Virus record (IMG/VR): IMGVR_UViG_3300017560_000010
Direction: 5' to 3' (one strand)
Origin: a virus
Length of the DNA: 64,000 nt
Under the pieces are notes generated by a model. That model did not search any database, was not told the DNA's origin, and worked only from the letters and a program-made list of their open reading frames with translations. Positions within the stretch are counted from its first letter, which is position 1; each line of letters begins with the position of its first letter. Both the position numbers and the translations under genes were made by a program. Below are positions 39,949-49,466 of this stretch, in pieces.

Positions 39949-40785
39949 ATGCAACATGTCGATCGCTTCCTTCTCTTCAAGTCCGAGCCTGGGTTCGAAC
40001 GCATGCTTGATGTTTCGCCGCAGGAAGATTTCGATTTTCCCGATCACATCACTCCGGATGTATGGGCTGAAGTCTATGATGCCCATCAAACGGCCGGCGC
40101 CGCCACGATGTCCGCAGAGGACGATGCAAGGGCCATTTTCGAAGCTTGCCGTGCAGGAGACTTCGCCGATCACTATGACCGTCTTGAAGATGTTCCAATG
40201 GCCAGCATCATGCGCGCCCGCATTTTCTCGGATGGATCCGTTGCCGCCTATACTCTGTCTGAGGCGCCAATCGGCAATGACGAGATTCCCGAGTTTATCC
40301 TTTCACTGGAAGATCTGCACAGGGATTTTGGGCTCGCCCTGCCCTTCGGCGAGGCTTTTGAAACCGGGATCAAGCACTGTGACATTGTCCTGCGACTCTA
40401 TGACGATGAAAGCTTCGAAGAGTATTTCGTCTCCAGCTTCGCCGAAGTCACCGGCAAGGATCTCAAGGATGAACTTTTCCTGGCAGCGATTGCCGACGAT
40501 CTCGGAGCTGTCCTGGATAATGTCGATATCGTTCAGAGGTCGGATACGGAGATGACGGCGAGGCTGAGTGTCGAGGTCACGAACGGCATGCTCTTCAAGA
40601 TGCAAAGTTCAGTGGCGGCTCGTCACTCGGGACACGACAGCGATTTCATCCCGTCCTCTCCGGCGGAGGCCATCTACGAGGCCTTCCTCGCCTCGAACGA
40701 GACGGCTGCGCCGGTGGATCTTGGCTTTGAGATCCAGGATTGGAATGATCCTTCGGTAAACAACGACCCGGCACCGGGGATGTGA
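39949..40785 (+). CDS. Acidic hypothetical protein
   Basis: 278 aa. Confidence 0.4.
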   Translation: MQHVDRFLLFKSEPGFERMLDVSPQEDFDFPDHITPDVWAEVYDAHQTAGAATMSAEDDARAIFEACRAGDFADHYDRLEDVPMASIMRARIFSDGSVAAYTLSEAPIGNDEIPEFILSLEDLHRDFGLALPFGEAFETGIKHCDIVLRLYDDESFEEYFVSSFAEVTGKDLKDELFLAAIADDLGAVLDNVDIVQRSDTEMTARLSVEVTNGMLFKMQSSVAARHSGHDSDFIPSSPAEAIYEAFLASNETAAPVDLGFEIQDWNDPSVNNDPAPGM

Positions 40786-40791
40786 TGAGCA

Positions 40792-41847
40792 ATGGTGTAT
40801 GCTCTTTCAACCGTTTTCGGAGCGATGAACTTTCCGGAGCCAAAACCTCCGAAAGAGCGCGAGAAGGAAATCCGTGAAGAGATTGCTGCCGGCGTGAAAT
40901 GGAGCGAAGATCATCTCATCAGCTCGGAAGAGATCTCATGCCGTGAAAGAGACGCTGAGCCGGCCAGGTTCAACGTCATCAGCCTGACCGCCTGGCTTGC
41001 CATCGCCGATCATGCAGGTGTCCCATCGATCCCGGCCAGGCAGATCGCAACGACGTGCGCGACAGAATATTTTCTTGTGATGGACGCGCTGAGTGATGGC
41101 AGCGGAATCGATGCGTTTTCCGACGAAATCGTCGAAAATCTGAAGGAAGGTGAGATACTTCGGTTCGAACAGGTGGCGCCTGGAGATGTGAAGGCAAGTC
41201 TTTCGGATGGAGGGGAAATCTCTAACGGTCTGATCCGCGGTGTCGACGGGAAGATGTTCCCCGAGATATACGATGAGCGCTTCTACTCGACGCTGAGAGA
41301 TCTGGGATCGGCCGAAATCAGGGCTTTCGTCCGTCCCTATATCCCGCCGATGAAGGAGAGCGGCCAGTTCGATGGTGCCGATGGCAATTGGCCGATCGAA
41401 TTTCGCGTTTTTATTCGGGATGGACAGATCTCCGGCCTGGCCAACTACTACCGGCAAATGGGGATGGGTGACAGCGGCGCCATTCCAGAGGCAACCATTC
41501 GCAAGGCGGTTGATGGTGCGCTGTCCTCTGCACAAGCCATGCTGGATGCCATGCAGAACCTGGGTCTCGGCATAGGCAACAAGCGCATCGCTCCTGGAAG
41601 CGACACCGCCGGCAAGGAGGGATGGGATCGCCAGGACTTTACGCTGGACTTCCTGCTTTCTGCCAAGGGGGAGGTCTTATTTCTGGAGGGCGGGCCCGCC
41701 GGCATGACCTTTGCAGATCCCTGCGCATTCCTGACTGAGGGCGCCCGGACAATCTCCCTTGAGGGTGTCGCCCTCTCGGTCAAGCGTCCACCCGTATCAA
41801 TGGAGGAATGGCAAGGCGGCTTGTTCAGGCATCCGGAGATCGGATAA
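40792..41847 (+). CDS. Hypothetical protein, possible ATP-grasp fold
   Basis: EFRVFIRDGQISG and FLLSAKGEVLFLEGGP resemble ATP-grasp E-R-x-F-x-DG and C-terminal nucleotide-binding segments. Confidence 0.35.
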   Translation: MVYALSTVFGAMNFPEPKPPKEREKEIREEIAAGVKWSEDHLISSEEISCRERDAEPARFNVISLTAWLAIADHAGVPSIPARQIATTCATEYFLVMDALSDGSGIDAFSDEIVENLKEGEILRFEQVAPGDVKASLSDGGEISNGLIRGVDGKMFPEIYDERFYSTLRDLGSAEIRAFVRPYIPPMKESGQFDGADGNWPIEFRVFIRDGQISGLANYYRQMGMGDSGAIPEATIRKAVDGALSSAQAMLDAMQNLGLGIGNKRIAPGSDTAGKEGWDRQDFTLDFLLSAKGEVLFLEGGPAGMTFADPCAFLTEGARTISLEGVALSVKRPPVSMEEWQGGLFRHPEIG

Positions 41848-41943
41848 TACATCCTGGAGCCATGATTATGACCATGGCCATCGCCAAGGAGCTGCTCAGG
41901 CATGCTCCTCGGCGATGGTGAGAAGCTCCTCGGCAACGGAGTA

Positions 41944-42414
41944 TCAGGTCGCGGCCGTCGAGCAGCCCGGAGCGAACATGGCAGCAAGCATACCGTCCAG
42001 ACGCTGGAATGCCGCCCCAAGCCTCTGAGCCAGGCCTCGCATCTTCATATTGTCGCAGGACATCAGCAGGATGACCTTTCTGGAACCGGACAGCCTGGCA
42101 TCCGACAGGGCTTGTGCGAGAAGCGTCCGGCCGATCCCCCTGCCCTGCATATCCTTGGTAACAGAGATCCCGATCTCGATATCGAGATTGCCGAGCTTAT
42201 AAGCATCAAGAAGACCGACGATCCGCCCGCCATTGAAAACGGCAAGCCTCACGACCGGATTGCTTTTCGCGATCCGGCACGCCATGACTTCTGGCTTGAT
42301 CCGCGCCAGGAAACGCGCAACCAGACCTTCACTGTCCAGATCGGAAAAGTGCTCTCTGAGAAGCCTTTCGCAGAAATGCTCTCCGCTCAGATCCTTGATC
42401 GAATAATGTTCCAT
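41944..42414 (-). CDS. GNAT family N-acetyltransferase
   Basis: QGRGIGRTLLAQAL motif A. Confidence 0.55.
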   Translation of the reverse strand: MEHYSIKDLSGEHFCERLLREHFSDLDSEGLVARFLARIKPEVMACRIAKSNPVVRLAVFNGGRIVGLLDAYKLGNLDIEIGISVTKDMQGRGIGRTLLAQALSDARLSGSRKVILLMSCDNMKMRGLAQRLGAAFQRLDGMLAAMFAPGCSTAAT

Positions 42415-42560
42415 ACCGAGTGATATAGGAACGAGATCCTGCACCGCTGCATAAATTACTCTTTTCGCCTGCAGCCATGCGCGGTGCACATGGCTGCAGG
42501 CGAATGGATGGTGTCCGCAGGCCCGATCAATCGAACCTGCCTTTGGGCGGATCAGAAGGT

Positions 42561-42785
42561 TCAGGTAGCCAGCGAGATGAAAGTGGTGAAGAGCCCGATC
42601 ACCAGGAGAACGTAACCGACGGCGTTCATGAAGCGGTTTCCGACACCAAACCAGTAGGATTGTTTGAAGTTGTCGAATTCGAGCACACCGGCACCATTCG
42701 TGCGCTCGAAATTCCTTTTCTGCACCTTGATGACCATATACCCACCGACGACGACCATCACGATACCAATCAGCAGTCCCAACAT
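42561..42785 (-). CDS. Small two-TM membrane protein
   Basis: 74 aa; two hydrophobic helices. Confidence 0.4.
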   Translation of the reverse strand: MLGLLIGIVMVVVGGYMVIKVQKRNFERTNGAGVLEFDNFKQSYWFGVGNRFMNAVGYVLLVIGLFTTFISLAT

Positions 42786-42890
42786 CCGATTCTCCTTATG
42801 GTTGGATTTATTTCCAGCAATATTGCCGAAGATTGTACGATTTTCAACGGCCAGATGCGCTTCTCGGAACTCCGATAACGCGCCTTTTCT

Positions 42891-43529
42891 TCATCTCCGC
42901 TGCATGAGAATTTCTGTCCAAATGGTCTCATCGCCGCGGGAATCCAGCCTGACGATCCTGTCCACAGTGACGGATGCCTGATATCGCATCGATGCCCGCT
43001 CGGTCAGGAGCAGGGCGGTTTCGGATCCGTAATGGCACATCGGCCGCCCCCGCTCATCCATAAACTCGCGGGCATCGACATCCTTTGGCGCCTTCACCCA
43101 AGCCATGGCTGCTCCGCCAGGGGCCAGATGGTGCGCAATCGTGCACCAGGCCTGCTCCTGTCCGGACAGTGGAATATGAAGCAGGCTGGCCATGGCCCAG
43201 ACGCCATCCCAGGAGGCGGGAGGCATGAACAGACCGCCCAGGTCGGTCTGCTCGAGCATCACCTCCCCTTTCAGGCGTGCCCGGCAGTTCCCGATCATGG
43301 CCGCGCTCGGATCGATCCCGCCGATACGGCATCCCAAAGCCTGGAAGGCCTCGAGATCACGCCCTGATCCGCAGCCGATATCGAGGATCCTCGGTGAGAC
43401 CTTGACCGGCAGCAGATCAAGGAACCGCCGCATGTCGGGGCCGGTATCCAGAGGATCTGCACCGGAGATGAAGCTGGCCGCATTGTCGTCATACCAGCAG
43501 GCACTTTGGGAGAAGTCGATCCCATTCAT
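42891..43529 (-). CDS. Class I SAM-dependent methyltransferase
   Basis: ILDIGCGSGRD motif I. 4-nt overlap with the upstream PAPS-reductase-like gene. Confidence 0.65.
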   Translation of the reverse strand: MNGIDFSQSACWYDDNAASFISGADPLDTGPDMRRFLDLLPVKVSPRILDIGCGSGRDLEAFQALGCRIGGIDPSAAMIGNCRARLKGEVMLEQTDLGGLFMPPASWDGVWAMASLLHIPLSGQEQAWCTIAHHLAPGGAAMAWVKAPKDVDAREFMDERGRPMCHYGSETALLLTERASMRYQASVTVDRIVRLDSRGDETIWTEILMQRR

Positions 43530-44635
43530 GCGGCGATCCTTTCCAGTCGTGCCTGCCGCTTCAGCGCCTGATCCACCTTCCTGGCATCGCGTGCGTTCTT
43601 CAGGGAGATGAGTTCGGCATAGCGCTCGGTCACACCTTGGGCATCCAGGTATTTCGCATCAAAGGAGAACAGATCGTTTATCTGGCTCCGCACGCCTGCC
43701 AACAGATCAGCCTCATCCTGGGTCGGCATGCGTGTGGGCCAGCCGCTGACATAGAGCAGTTCTTGCGGGATGGTCGCCTCGATCTTCCTGCGGGATTCCG
43801 CCCTGGCCTTGCCTGCAGCGAGAGCATCGGCAAGTTGCCCCTGGATGAGGTGAGGCGCCACATCCCCAAGCCAGCGCGATCCCTGGAAGGCGAAGCTGCT
43901 TACGGCTTCCAGCGCTACCATTCGCAGGTAGAGATCACGGCTTTCTTCCTGGGCGGCCGCGGCGACCAGATCAGGCATGCTGGACATGATGCAGAACCGG
44001 CAGGATACCCGGGTCATACCGAAGCCTCGATAGGCGACATGCGGGGTCATGCCGCTGGCGTCGATTGCTGCAAACACTTCCTCAATGGTCCAGTCGATGA
44101 TCGGCCGCCAGTTGATCAGGGCACCCTTTTTATCTGAGACGGGCTGCTTTGCCCGCTGTGCGCTTTCCTCGCGACGCACGCCGGTTACGTTGACGACAGT
44201 CTCGCCCGGGAAGCGGCGCTTGAGTTCCGCGGTGATGATATGGGTCTTCATCTCGCTCGTGCAAAATCGCATGGAGGGCGTCGACCAGCATGGCACAAGT
44301 GTCACCGTTTCCAGCGCCTCGTAGCGGCTGACGCTCGAAGCCCAACGCGACTCCCATCGTTCCATGAGGCCGCCCGCTTTGCGGGCGACGACGACGAGCT
44401 CAAGTCCGAAATGCTTCGACATTTCCTCACAGACATCGAGGGACGCGTTCCATTCGACAGAACCCAGGTCGGAATGGATCAGGATGCGCGGTCCGGAATG
44501 TCCGATCGTGTCGAGATAGGCGATCGTCGCGATGGCTGCCGCCTGGCTGTCCTTGCCGCCCGAAACGCCGATGGCGACGGGAGCGTTGCAAAACAGCGCT
44601 TCGGTGACGGTATGGTCAAGGGCAACGTCAGGCAT
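43526..44635 (-). CDS. PAPS reductase / PP-loop ATP pyrophosphatase family protein (IbrA/DndC-like)
   Basis: SGGKDS PP-loop motif. AAGGAAGA RBS before MPDVALDH. Confidence 0.65.
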   Translation of the reverse strand: MPDVALDHTVTEALFCNAPVAIGVSGGKDSQAAAIATIAYLDTIGHSGPRILIHSDLGSVEWNASLDVCEEMSKHFGLELVVVARKAGGLMERWESRWASSVSRYEALETVTLVPCWSTPSMRFCTSEMKTHIITAELKRRFPGETVVNVTGVRREESAQRAKQPVSDKKGALINWRPIIDWTIEEVFAAIDASGMTPHVAYRGFGMTRVSCRFCIMSSMPDLVAAAAQEESRDLYLRMVALEAVSSFAFQGSRWLGDVAPHLIQGQLADALAAGKARAESRRKIEATIPQELLYVSGWPTRMPTQDEADLLAGVRSQINDLFSFDAKYLDAQGVTERYAELISLKNARDARKVDQALKRQARLERIAA

Positions 44636-44682
44636 TTGGTCTTCCTTTATTCGCATCTACGTGACCGGAGGGCCTGAAAAGG

Positions 44683-45075
44683 CTAATTTGCAAGCCGGTC
44701 GAGAACCAGTTCGGCATCCGCGATGCTCTTAACACCAAGGCGCGTGATCTTCTTGGTGCGGAACTGTTCATATGCGCTCAGATTGCTATTGGCGCCATCG
44801 CCATGGACGTCAGTCCATTTCCGCCCCGCCGGCATCTTGTCGGCACGCAGAACCGTATTTGGCAGATCGGCCGAAACATGCATGGTGACCAGCCAGAGAT
44901 TGACGACACCATCGTGATCGAATTCGACACCGACTGGCCTGGTCCGTCCGCTCGCGGTCTCCCATACTTCAAGATGAACCTTCCCGCTACCAGCTCGCAT
45001 CGCCGGAACCGGTTTGCAGCTTCGATGAAGGAAGCTCCTCACGAAGGCCTTCACGGACTGAATGGTATCGGTCAT
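44683..45075 (-). CDS. Hypothetical protein
   Basis: 130 aa; GGAGTAA RBS. Confidence 0.4.
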   Translation of the reverse strand: MTDTIQSVKAFVRSFLHRSCKPVPAMRAGSGKVHLEVWETASGRTRPVGVEFDHDGVVNLWLVTMHVSADLPNTVLRADKMPAGRKWTDVHGDGANSNLSAYEQFRTKKITRLGVKSIADAELVLDRLAN

Positions 45076-45140
45076 AGCTGGTTACTCCGCATTTTCGCAT
45101 GCAGAGTAAGCGATAAATTTAATCGTGACAAGCGGTGAAA

Positions 45141-46151
45141 CTACATGACCATCTCAGGAGCTTTGTCTTCCTGAGACCAGTCGTCCTTAACAGGATCCGG
45201 CTCTGCTTCCCCATCTCCAGTTCTTTCGAGTATCTCCGCCCAGGCGACCCAGCCCTCCGCTGCATCCTGTGCGCCGGTGGACCCTGATGCCTTGCCGGGT
45301 TGTATTTCCGGCAGAAGATCCTGCCAGATTCCGTCGAGGGATTCCTCCCTATCAAGACTTTCCCGCGACAGATCTTCGATGATCCTGTTCCTCTCCAGGG
45401 ATTTCACATGGTCGAATTCATTCATGACCATGCCGAAGAGCACCTCCTTCATACCCCAGGCGATCTCGTTGACCTGAGTGCTGACCTTTTCAGTGATATG
45501 CCACACCTGAACGTGGAGAAGCTCCTTACCCATGTAGCTCAACCGGTGGTCGGCGATGTATCCCCCAAGAGGATCGAAGACCCCAGGGGAGCCATTTTCG
45601 GCAGCCTGGTCGGTCACGAGCGTGAACCCGGCGGGGAGCTTTCGACTCCGCGCTGCGGTATTGCTGAACTCGAAATAGCCACCATCGAGCATGATTTCGA
45701 GATCGTCATCCATGGCGCGGCGCGGCACAGCGATACCGATCGATTTGAATGCCGACATGACATCGGCTTCCAGTATCTCGGCACGGCTCCGGATCCTGGC
45801 GTCCCGCTGGAGGCAGAATTCCGCGGCAGCCTGGAAGATGGTTTCGATACGGTCCATATCCTGGGCCAGTTCCGCGATGGTGATCGTAAAACTCTTCGAA
45901 CCGGTCTTCGTCCGGTAGGTCGTAGAAAGAAGCTCTTCATCCCGATAGAGATCGACGGCATCCCAGCGCTTGTCATTGCTTCGGGCCCATACGGAGAACC
46001 TCGGGTGGTTCCAATGTTCTCCATGGCCCATCATGGCGTCGATCTGCTCGGCGCTGAGGATCGACCCGTCAATACGGACGCCCTCGGCGATCTCCCCTTT
46101 AGGGTCCGGCGTCCTGTAGCTTGCGATCGCCTCGGAGATATTCTTCAGCAT
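45141..46151 (-). CDS. Hypothetical protein
   Basis: 336 aa. Confidence 0.4.
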   Translation of the reverse strand: MLKNISEAIASYRTPDPKGEIAEGVRIDGSILSAEQIDAMMGHGEHWNHPRFSVWARSNDKRWDAVDLYRDEELLSTTYRTKTGSKSFTITIAELAQDMDRIETIFQAAAEFCLQRDARIRSRAEILEADVMSAFKSIGIAVPRRAMDDDLEIMLDGGYFEFSNTAARSRKLPAGFTLVTDQAAENGSPGVFDPLGGYIADHRLSYMGKELLHVQVWHITEKVSTQVNEIAWGMKEVLFGMVMNEFDHVKSLERNRIIEDLSRESLDREESLDGIWQDLLPEIQPGKASGSTGAQDAAEGWVAWAEILERTGDGEAEPDPVKDDWSQEDKAPEMVM

Positions 46152-46154
46152 GGA

Positions 46155-46544
46155 TCAGGGCTCCATCCCGGCATCTGCATCAGGGTCGTCTTTCGGCTTC
46201 GCGAAGATTTCTGCGAGTTTTTCACCCCGGATGATCTCATCGATCACAGCCTTCTTGGTCAGTCCGCTGGCCAGAGGATTGTGGTAGGCATCGCCATGCG
46301 GAAGGTGGACGAGGAAGGATGCCGTCCCAGGCTTGCCATCGGCGAGCATGTATTGAGCATGTCCATCCGCGAACGGCAATGACATGATCTTTCCGCTGTG
46401 CTTGCCGATGAAGCCCTGCTCTTTCAGCCAGGCCCGCACCATCTCGTTGTTCTCGGCCTCGCGTGCGATCTCGCGCTCGCGATCGTAGTTCAGATAGTCG
46501 ACTTCGGAGAAGGTGACGTCTGCCGGAGGTGCATAGACTTTCAT
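46155..46544 (-). CDS. Hypothetical protein
   Basis: 129 aa; 3-nt gap to the upstream gene. Confidence 0.4.
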   Translation of the reverse strand: MKVYAPPADVTFSEVDYLNYDREREIAREAENNEMVRAWLKEQGFIGKHSGKIMSLPFADGHAQYMLADGKPGTASFLVHLPHGDAYHNPLASGLTKKAVIDEIIRGEKLAEIFAKPKDDPDADAGMEP

Positions 46545-46900
46545 GGTGCGTCCCTTGTCCTGAGGTTCTGGAGCACAGGAAATCTATTCACACCGTGAGA
46601 AAAATACAGGTGTCGCAGATACCAAAGGCGATTGGCGATGGCCGAAACGAAAACTCCATCCCGTAGGATGGAGTGAACTCGACTGGGTAACTGAACAATC
46701 TTGAAACTGGACCCAGGCTATCATTCAAAGCCAGCGTGGCAGATCTGTTCTTTGAGACAAGTTCGGTCCCCTTGATTGCCAGTTTATACATTTTCGCACA
46801 TAATTATATCCGACAGCACGCCTGAGAACGCATATGCTCATTCCGTGTTTCCCGGCAGAATGCCAGCCGGCGTCTGAATCCGTCCGCGATCAGGCTTGCC

Positions 46901-47218
46901 TCAAGGCTGAGGATCGTCAGATACACCAGGTTTGGCTTCGAACTCGCCAAGGACGATGAAGTCGGCATCCTGGTCGAACTTGTTGCGGGGACGGCATAGG
47001 ATATTGAAATCAGATGGCTCCATGATCTCGTGCTGTTCATGGAAGACCTCCAGGGAACGGCCCATAAGGTCTCCGAGCGACCAGCCTTCCGGCCAATCCA
47101 GCGTAACAAGATAGCTGCCATCATGGGCGGATTCGCCATGCTCGTTCAGATCGTCCGGATCGAGATCGTCCAGGTCGACGAGGAGGGACACTTCAATCAC
47201 GAAATCCTTCTTTTCCAT
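46901..47218 (-). CDS. Acidic hypothetical protein
   Basis: Start MEKKDF. Confidence 0.35.
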   Translation of the reverse strand: MEKKDFVIEVSLLVDLDDLDPDDLNEHGESAHDGSYLVTLDWPEGWSLGDLMGRSLEVFHEQHEIMEPSDFNILCRPRNKFDQDADFIVLGEFEAKPGVSDDPQP

Positions 47219-47381
47219 GGGATGGCCTTTCTTCTGCGGAACTGTTCTGAAAGGGAATATCAGCAGATGGCAAGAAAATCCGGACGGAAAATCGCTAAAA
47301 CGATCCAATCGGATGGATCCAAAAGAGGAAGCCGCCCTGCAAGGAGCGGCTCCGTGTTCGCAATCAACCTGAGGCGCGGAC

Positions 47382-48026
47382 TCAGTCCTTGTTCAGGCTT
47401 GGGGTCTTGTGAGCGATCCAGTCCATGATCGCCAGCAGAACACCAGAGACAACAAAAATCACATGAATCACGACAAGCCAGAACAGATCGTCCTGGGTTA
47501 CGGTCGATGTGGGTTTGCCGAGAGACATGAACGTCTTGAGAAGGTGAATTCCGGAGATTGCGACCATAGACGCGATCAGCTTCATTTTCAGCCCTGAAAA
47601 GTCGACTTTTCCCATCCACGACGGCCGGTCGGTTCCTGGCTTCAGATGGAGTTTGGACACGAAGTTTTCGTATCCCGCAAAAAGCACCACCACGGTCAGG
47701 TTTGCCGCGAGGGACAGGTCGATGAGGGAGAGTGTCGCCAGGATCAGGTCAGCCACCTGCATCTCTGGCAGGATCAGGATATAGTGAAACAGTTCTCTCA
47801 TGAACATATAGAGCATCATCAGTAGCGTCACGCCAAGACCGACATAGATCGGCGCCATCAACCATCTGCAGGCATAGATGGCCTGTTCGAATTGTTGCTC
47901 CAGGAAGAAGAATGTCCTGTCGAACCAGCCCTGCTGGGCCCGTGAACCGCATGTGCAAGGCAAGCCACTTCCGCTTGCACACAGTTTTACCTGGCTCTCG
48001 CCTGCCTGATTGCCGGTTGGCGTCAT
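47382..48026 (-). CDS. UPF0114 (YqhA) family membrane protein
   Basis: RWLMAPIYVGLG, EDLILATLSLIDLSL, and AGYENFVSKL family motifs. Confidence 0.6.
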   Translation of the reverse strand: MTPTGNQAGESQVKLCASGSGLPCTCGSRAQQGWFDRTFFFLEQQFEQAIYACRWLMAPIYVGLGVTLLMMLYMFMRELFHYILILPEMQVADLILATLSLIDLSLAANLTVVVLFAGYENFVSKLHLKPGTDRPSWMGKVDFSGLKMKLIASMVAISGIHLLKTFMSLGKPTSTVTQDDLFWLVVIHVIFVVSGVLLAIMDWIAHKTPSLNKD

Positions 48027-48156
48027 AATTTTCCCCGATCGTTCATGTGTCGACAGCCTGGTTGCAGGCCGAATTCTCGTGGAAAATAGAGGTGTTCGCG
48101 CAATCGGCTACATGGCGCAGTCCTGTTTCTGTGGATAACCGATGCCGGTTTGCTCT

Positions 48157-49035
48157 TTACATCAGTCCTGGCTGGATTGCATGCTCGCGCTCCTTTTCGG
48201 GCGAGATTCCATAACAATCAAGCAGGATTGCGGTGGCACGGTCGGGATCGATCATCGGATAATCGGGGATCGATGGAATGATCCTCTCCAGAATTTCGAA
48301 TTCCGAAGCGATCCAGTCGTCCAACACTTCGATCCGGTAACGGGACTTGCTGTCCAGAGCGCCCCGCTTCCAGTCAAGGACCGAAGCGATGGCCTGAGCG
48401 ACATTACCCGGAAGCTCTGCTTGTGCGAGGAGATCATCGAAATCGAGTGGATACTCGAAAGCCCGCTGGTGATTGTCGTAGATCCACCTGGAAAGCATCA
48501 GGGCCCTGGCCGAGTGCAGGTAGGTCTTGAGCATGGGCGCTCCTGAACCATCAACGTCCCGGAAGTGGTTCTTTTTCGCCAGGCCGCGAAAATTATGCGC
48601 CGCCGGCCGCGGTTGGAGACCGGATGAAAGGGACAGCATGGAGCGGATGAAGCCGTCATCGCCGGCGTATCCATGATTGAAGACACCCATCTGCCCTGCC
48701 CTGCGCACGTATTCGCTGATCTCGGGCTTCGATGAGACCGCCATGGACAAGGCTTTCTTCACCGTGATCCCGTCGAACTCGATCTCGAAGCCAGGGTCGT
48801 AGGGAAGATCCTTCATCTTCAGGGTGAGATGGTCCTTTCCATCGACGAGCGAGAATTGCCGTTCAGGCGGCAGGCGGAAGATGAACCTGATATCGTGATC
48901 AGAGTCTGGTGAAGCAAATCCATGCGCTCTGGATCCCCCTTCGACGGCCGCCATGACACGAATGGCATGCCGCTCCTCGATCGCGGAGATCAATGTCCTG
49001 ATCTCAAGAACCTTTTCAGCAGGGCTCAAGCTCAT
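48157..49035 (-). CDS. Pol-beta-superfamily nucleotidyltransferase domain protein
   Basis: GGSRAHGFASPDSDHDIRFIF (GS..G..SD.D). Confidence 0.5.
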   Translation of the reverse strand: MSLSPAEKVLEIRTLISAIEERHAIRVMAAVEGGSRAHGFASPDSDHDIRFIFRLPPERQFSLVDGKDHLTLKMKDLPYDPGFEIEFDGITVKKALSMAVSSKPEISEYVRRAGQMGVFNHGYAGDDGFIRSMLSLSSGLQPRPAAHNFRGLAKKNHFRDVDGSGAPMLKTYLHSARALMLSRWIYDNHQRAFEYPLDFDDLLAQAELPGNVAQAIASVLDWKRGALDSKSRYRIEVLDDWIASEFEILERIIPSIPDYPMIDPDRATAILLDCYGISPEKEREHAIQPGLM

Positions 49036-49462
49036 GATCGCTGTCCTCCAGGTTGCAATCCGCGTTCCGGAAGCCAGCGCGGCTGCCCAGGAACTCCTCA
49101 GCGATATCAAGATATCCGCCGATGGAAACCTCGATGAACATGTCGCCACGGAGAATGGCTGCTGCCAGCCGATGGTTTCCGTCCTCAACCCGAAACCCCT
49201 GATGGGTGAACTCGAGCTGGACTGGGTCCGGCCAGGAATTCATCGCGAGCCAGGCGATCCTGCCTGCATGGATCATCGGGTCATCGGAGTTGGCGCCTAC
49301 CGGCGTATCGATCCTGAGCGATACATCGGAGAGGCATGCATGGACCATATCCCAGGTGATGCCAACACCCCAGACATCATCGGCAACGGGGTCCCAATGC
49401 CGGGAGATGTCTCCCGTGTAGACGACGAGATTCAGATCCATATCCATGTCAAGATCGTCCAT
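49016..49462 (-). CDS. ParB-like nuclease domain protein
   Basis: VEDGNHRLAAAIL (DGxHR). 20-nt overlap with the downstream nucleotidyltransferase. Confidence 0.45.
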   Translation of the reverse strand: MDDLDMDMDLNLVVYTGDISRHWDPVADDVWGVGITWDMVHACLSDVSLRIDTPVGANSDDPMIHAGRIAWLAMNSWPDPVQLEFTHQGFRVEDGNHRLAAAILRGDMFIEVSIGGYLDIAEEFLGSRAGFRNADCNLEDSDHELEPC

Positions 49463-49466
49463 GCGC

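Noticed and set aside
46600-46760. Possible tRNA or structured RNA in the 46545-46900 intergenic region
   Set aside because: Only one 8-bp hairpin (CTCCATCC-CGTA-GGATGGAG, likely a minus-strand terminator) was found. No cloverleaf arms could be traced.
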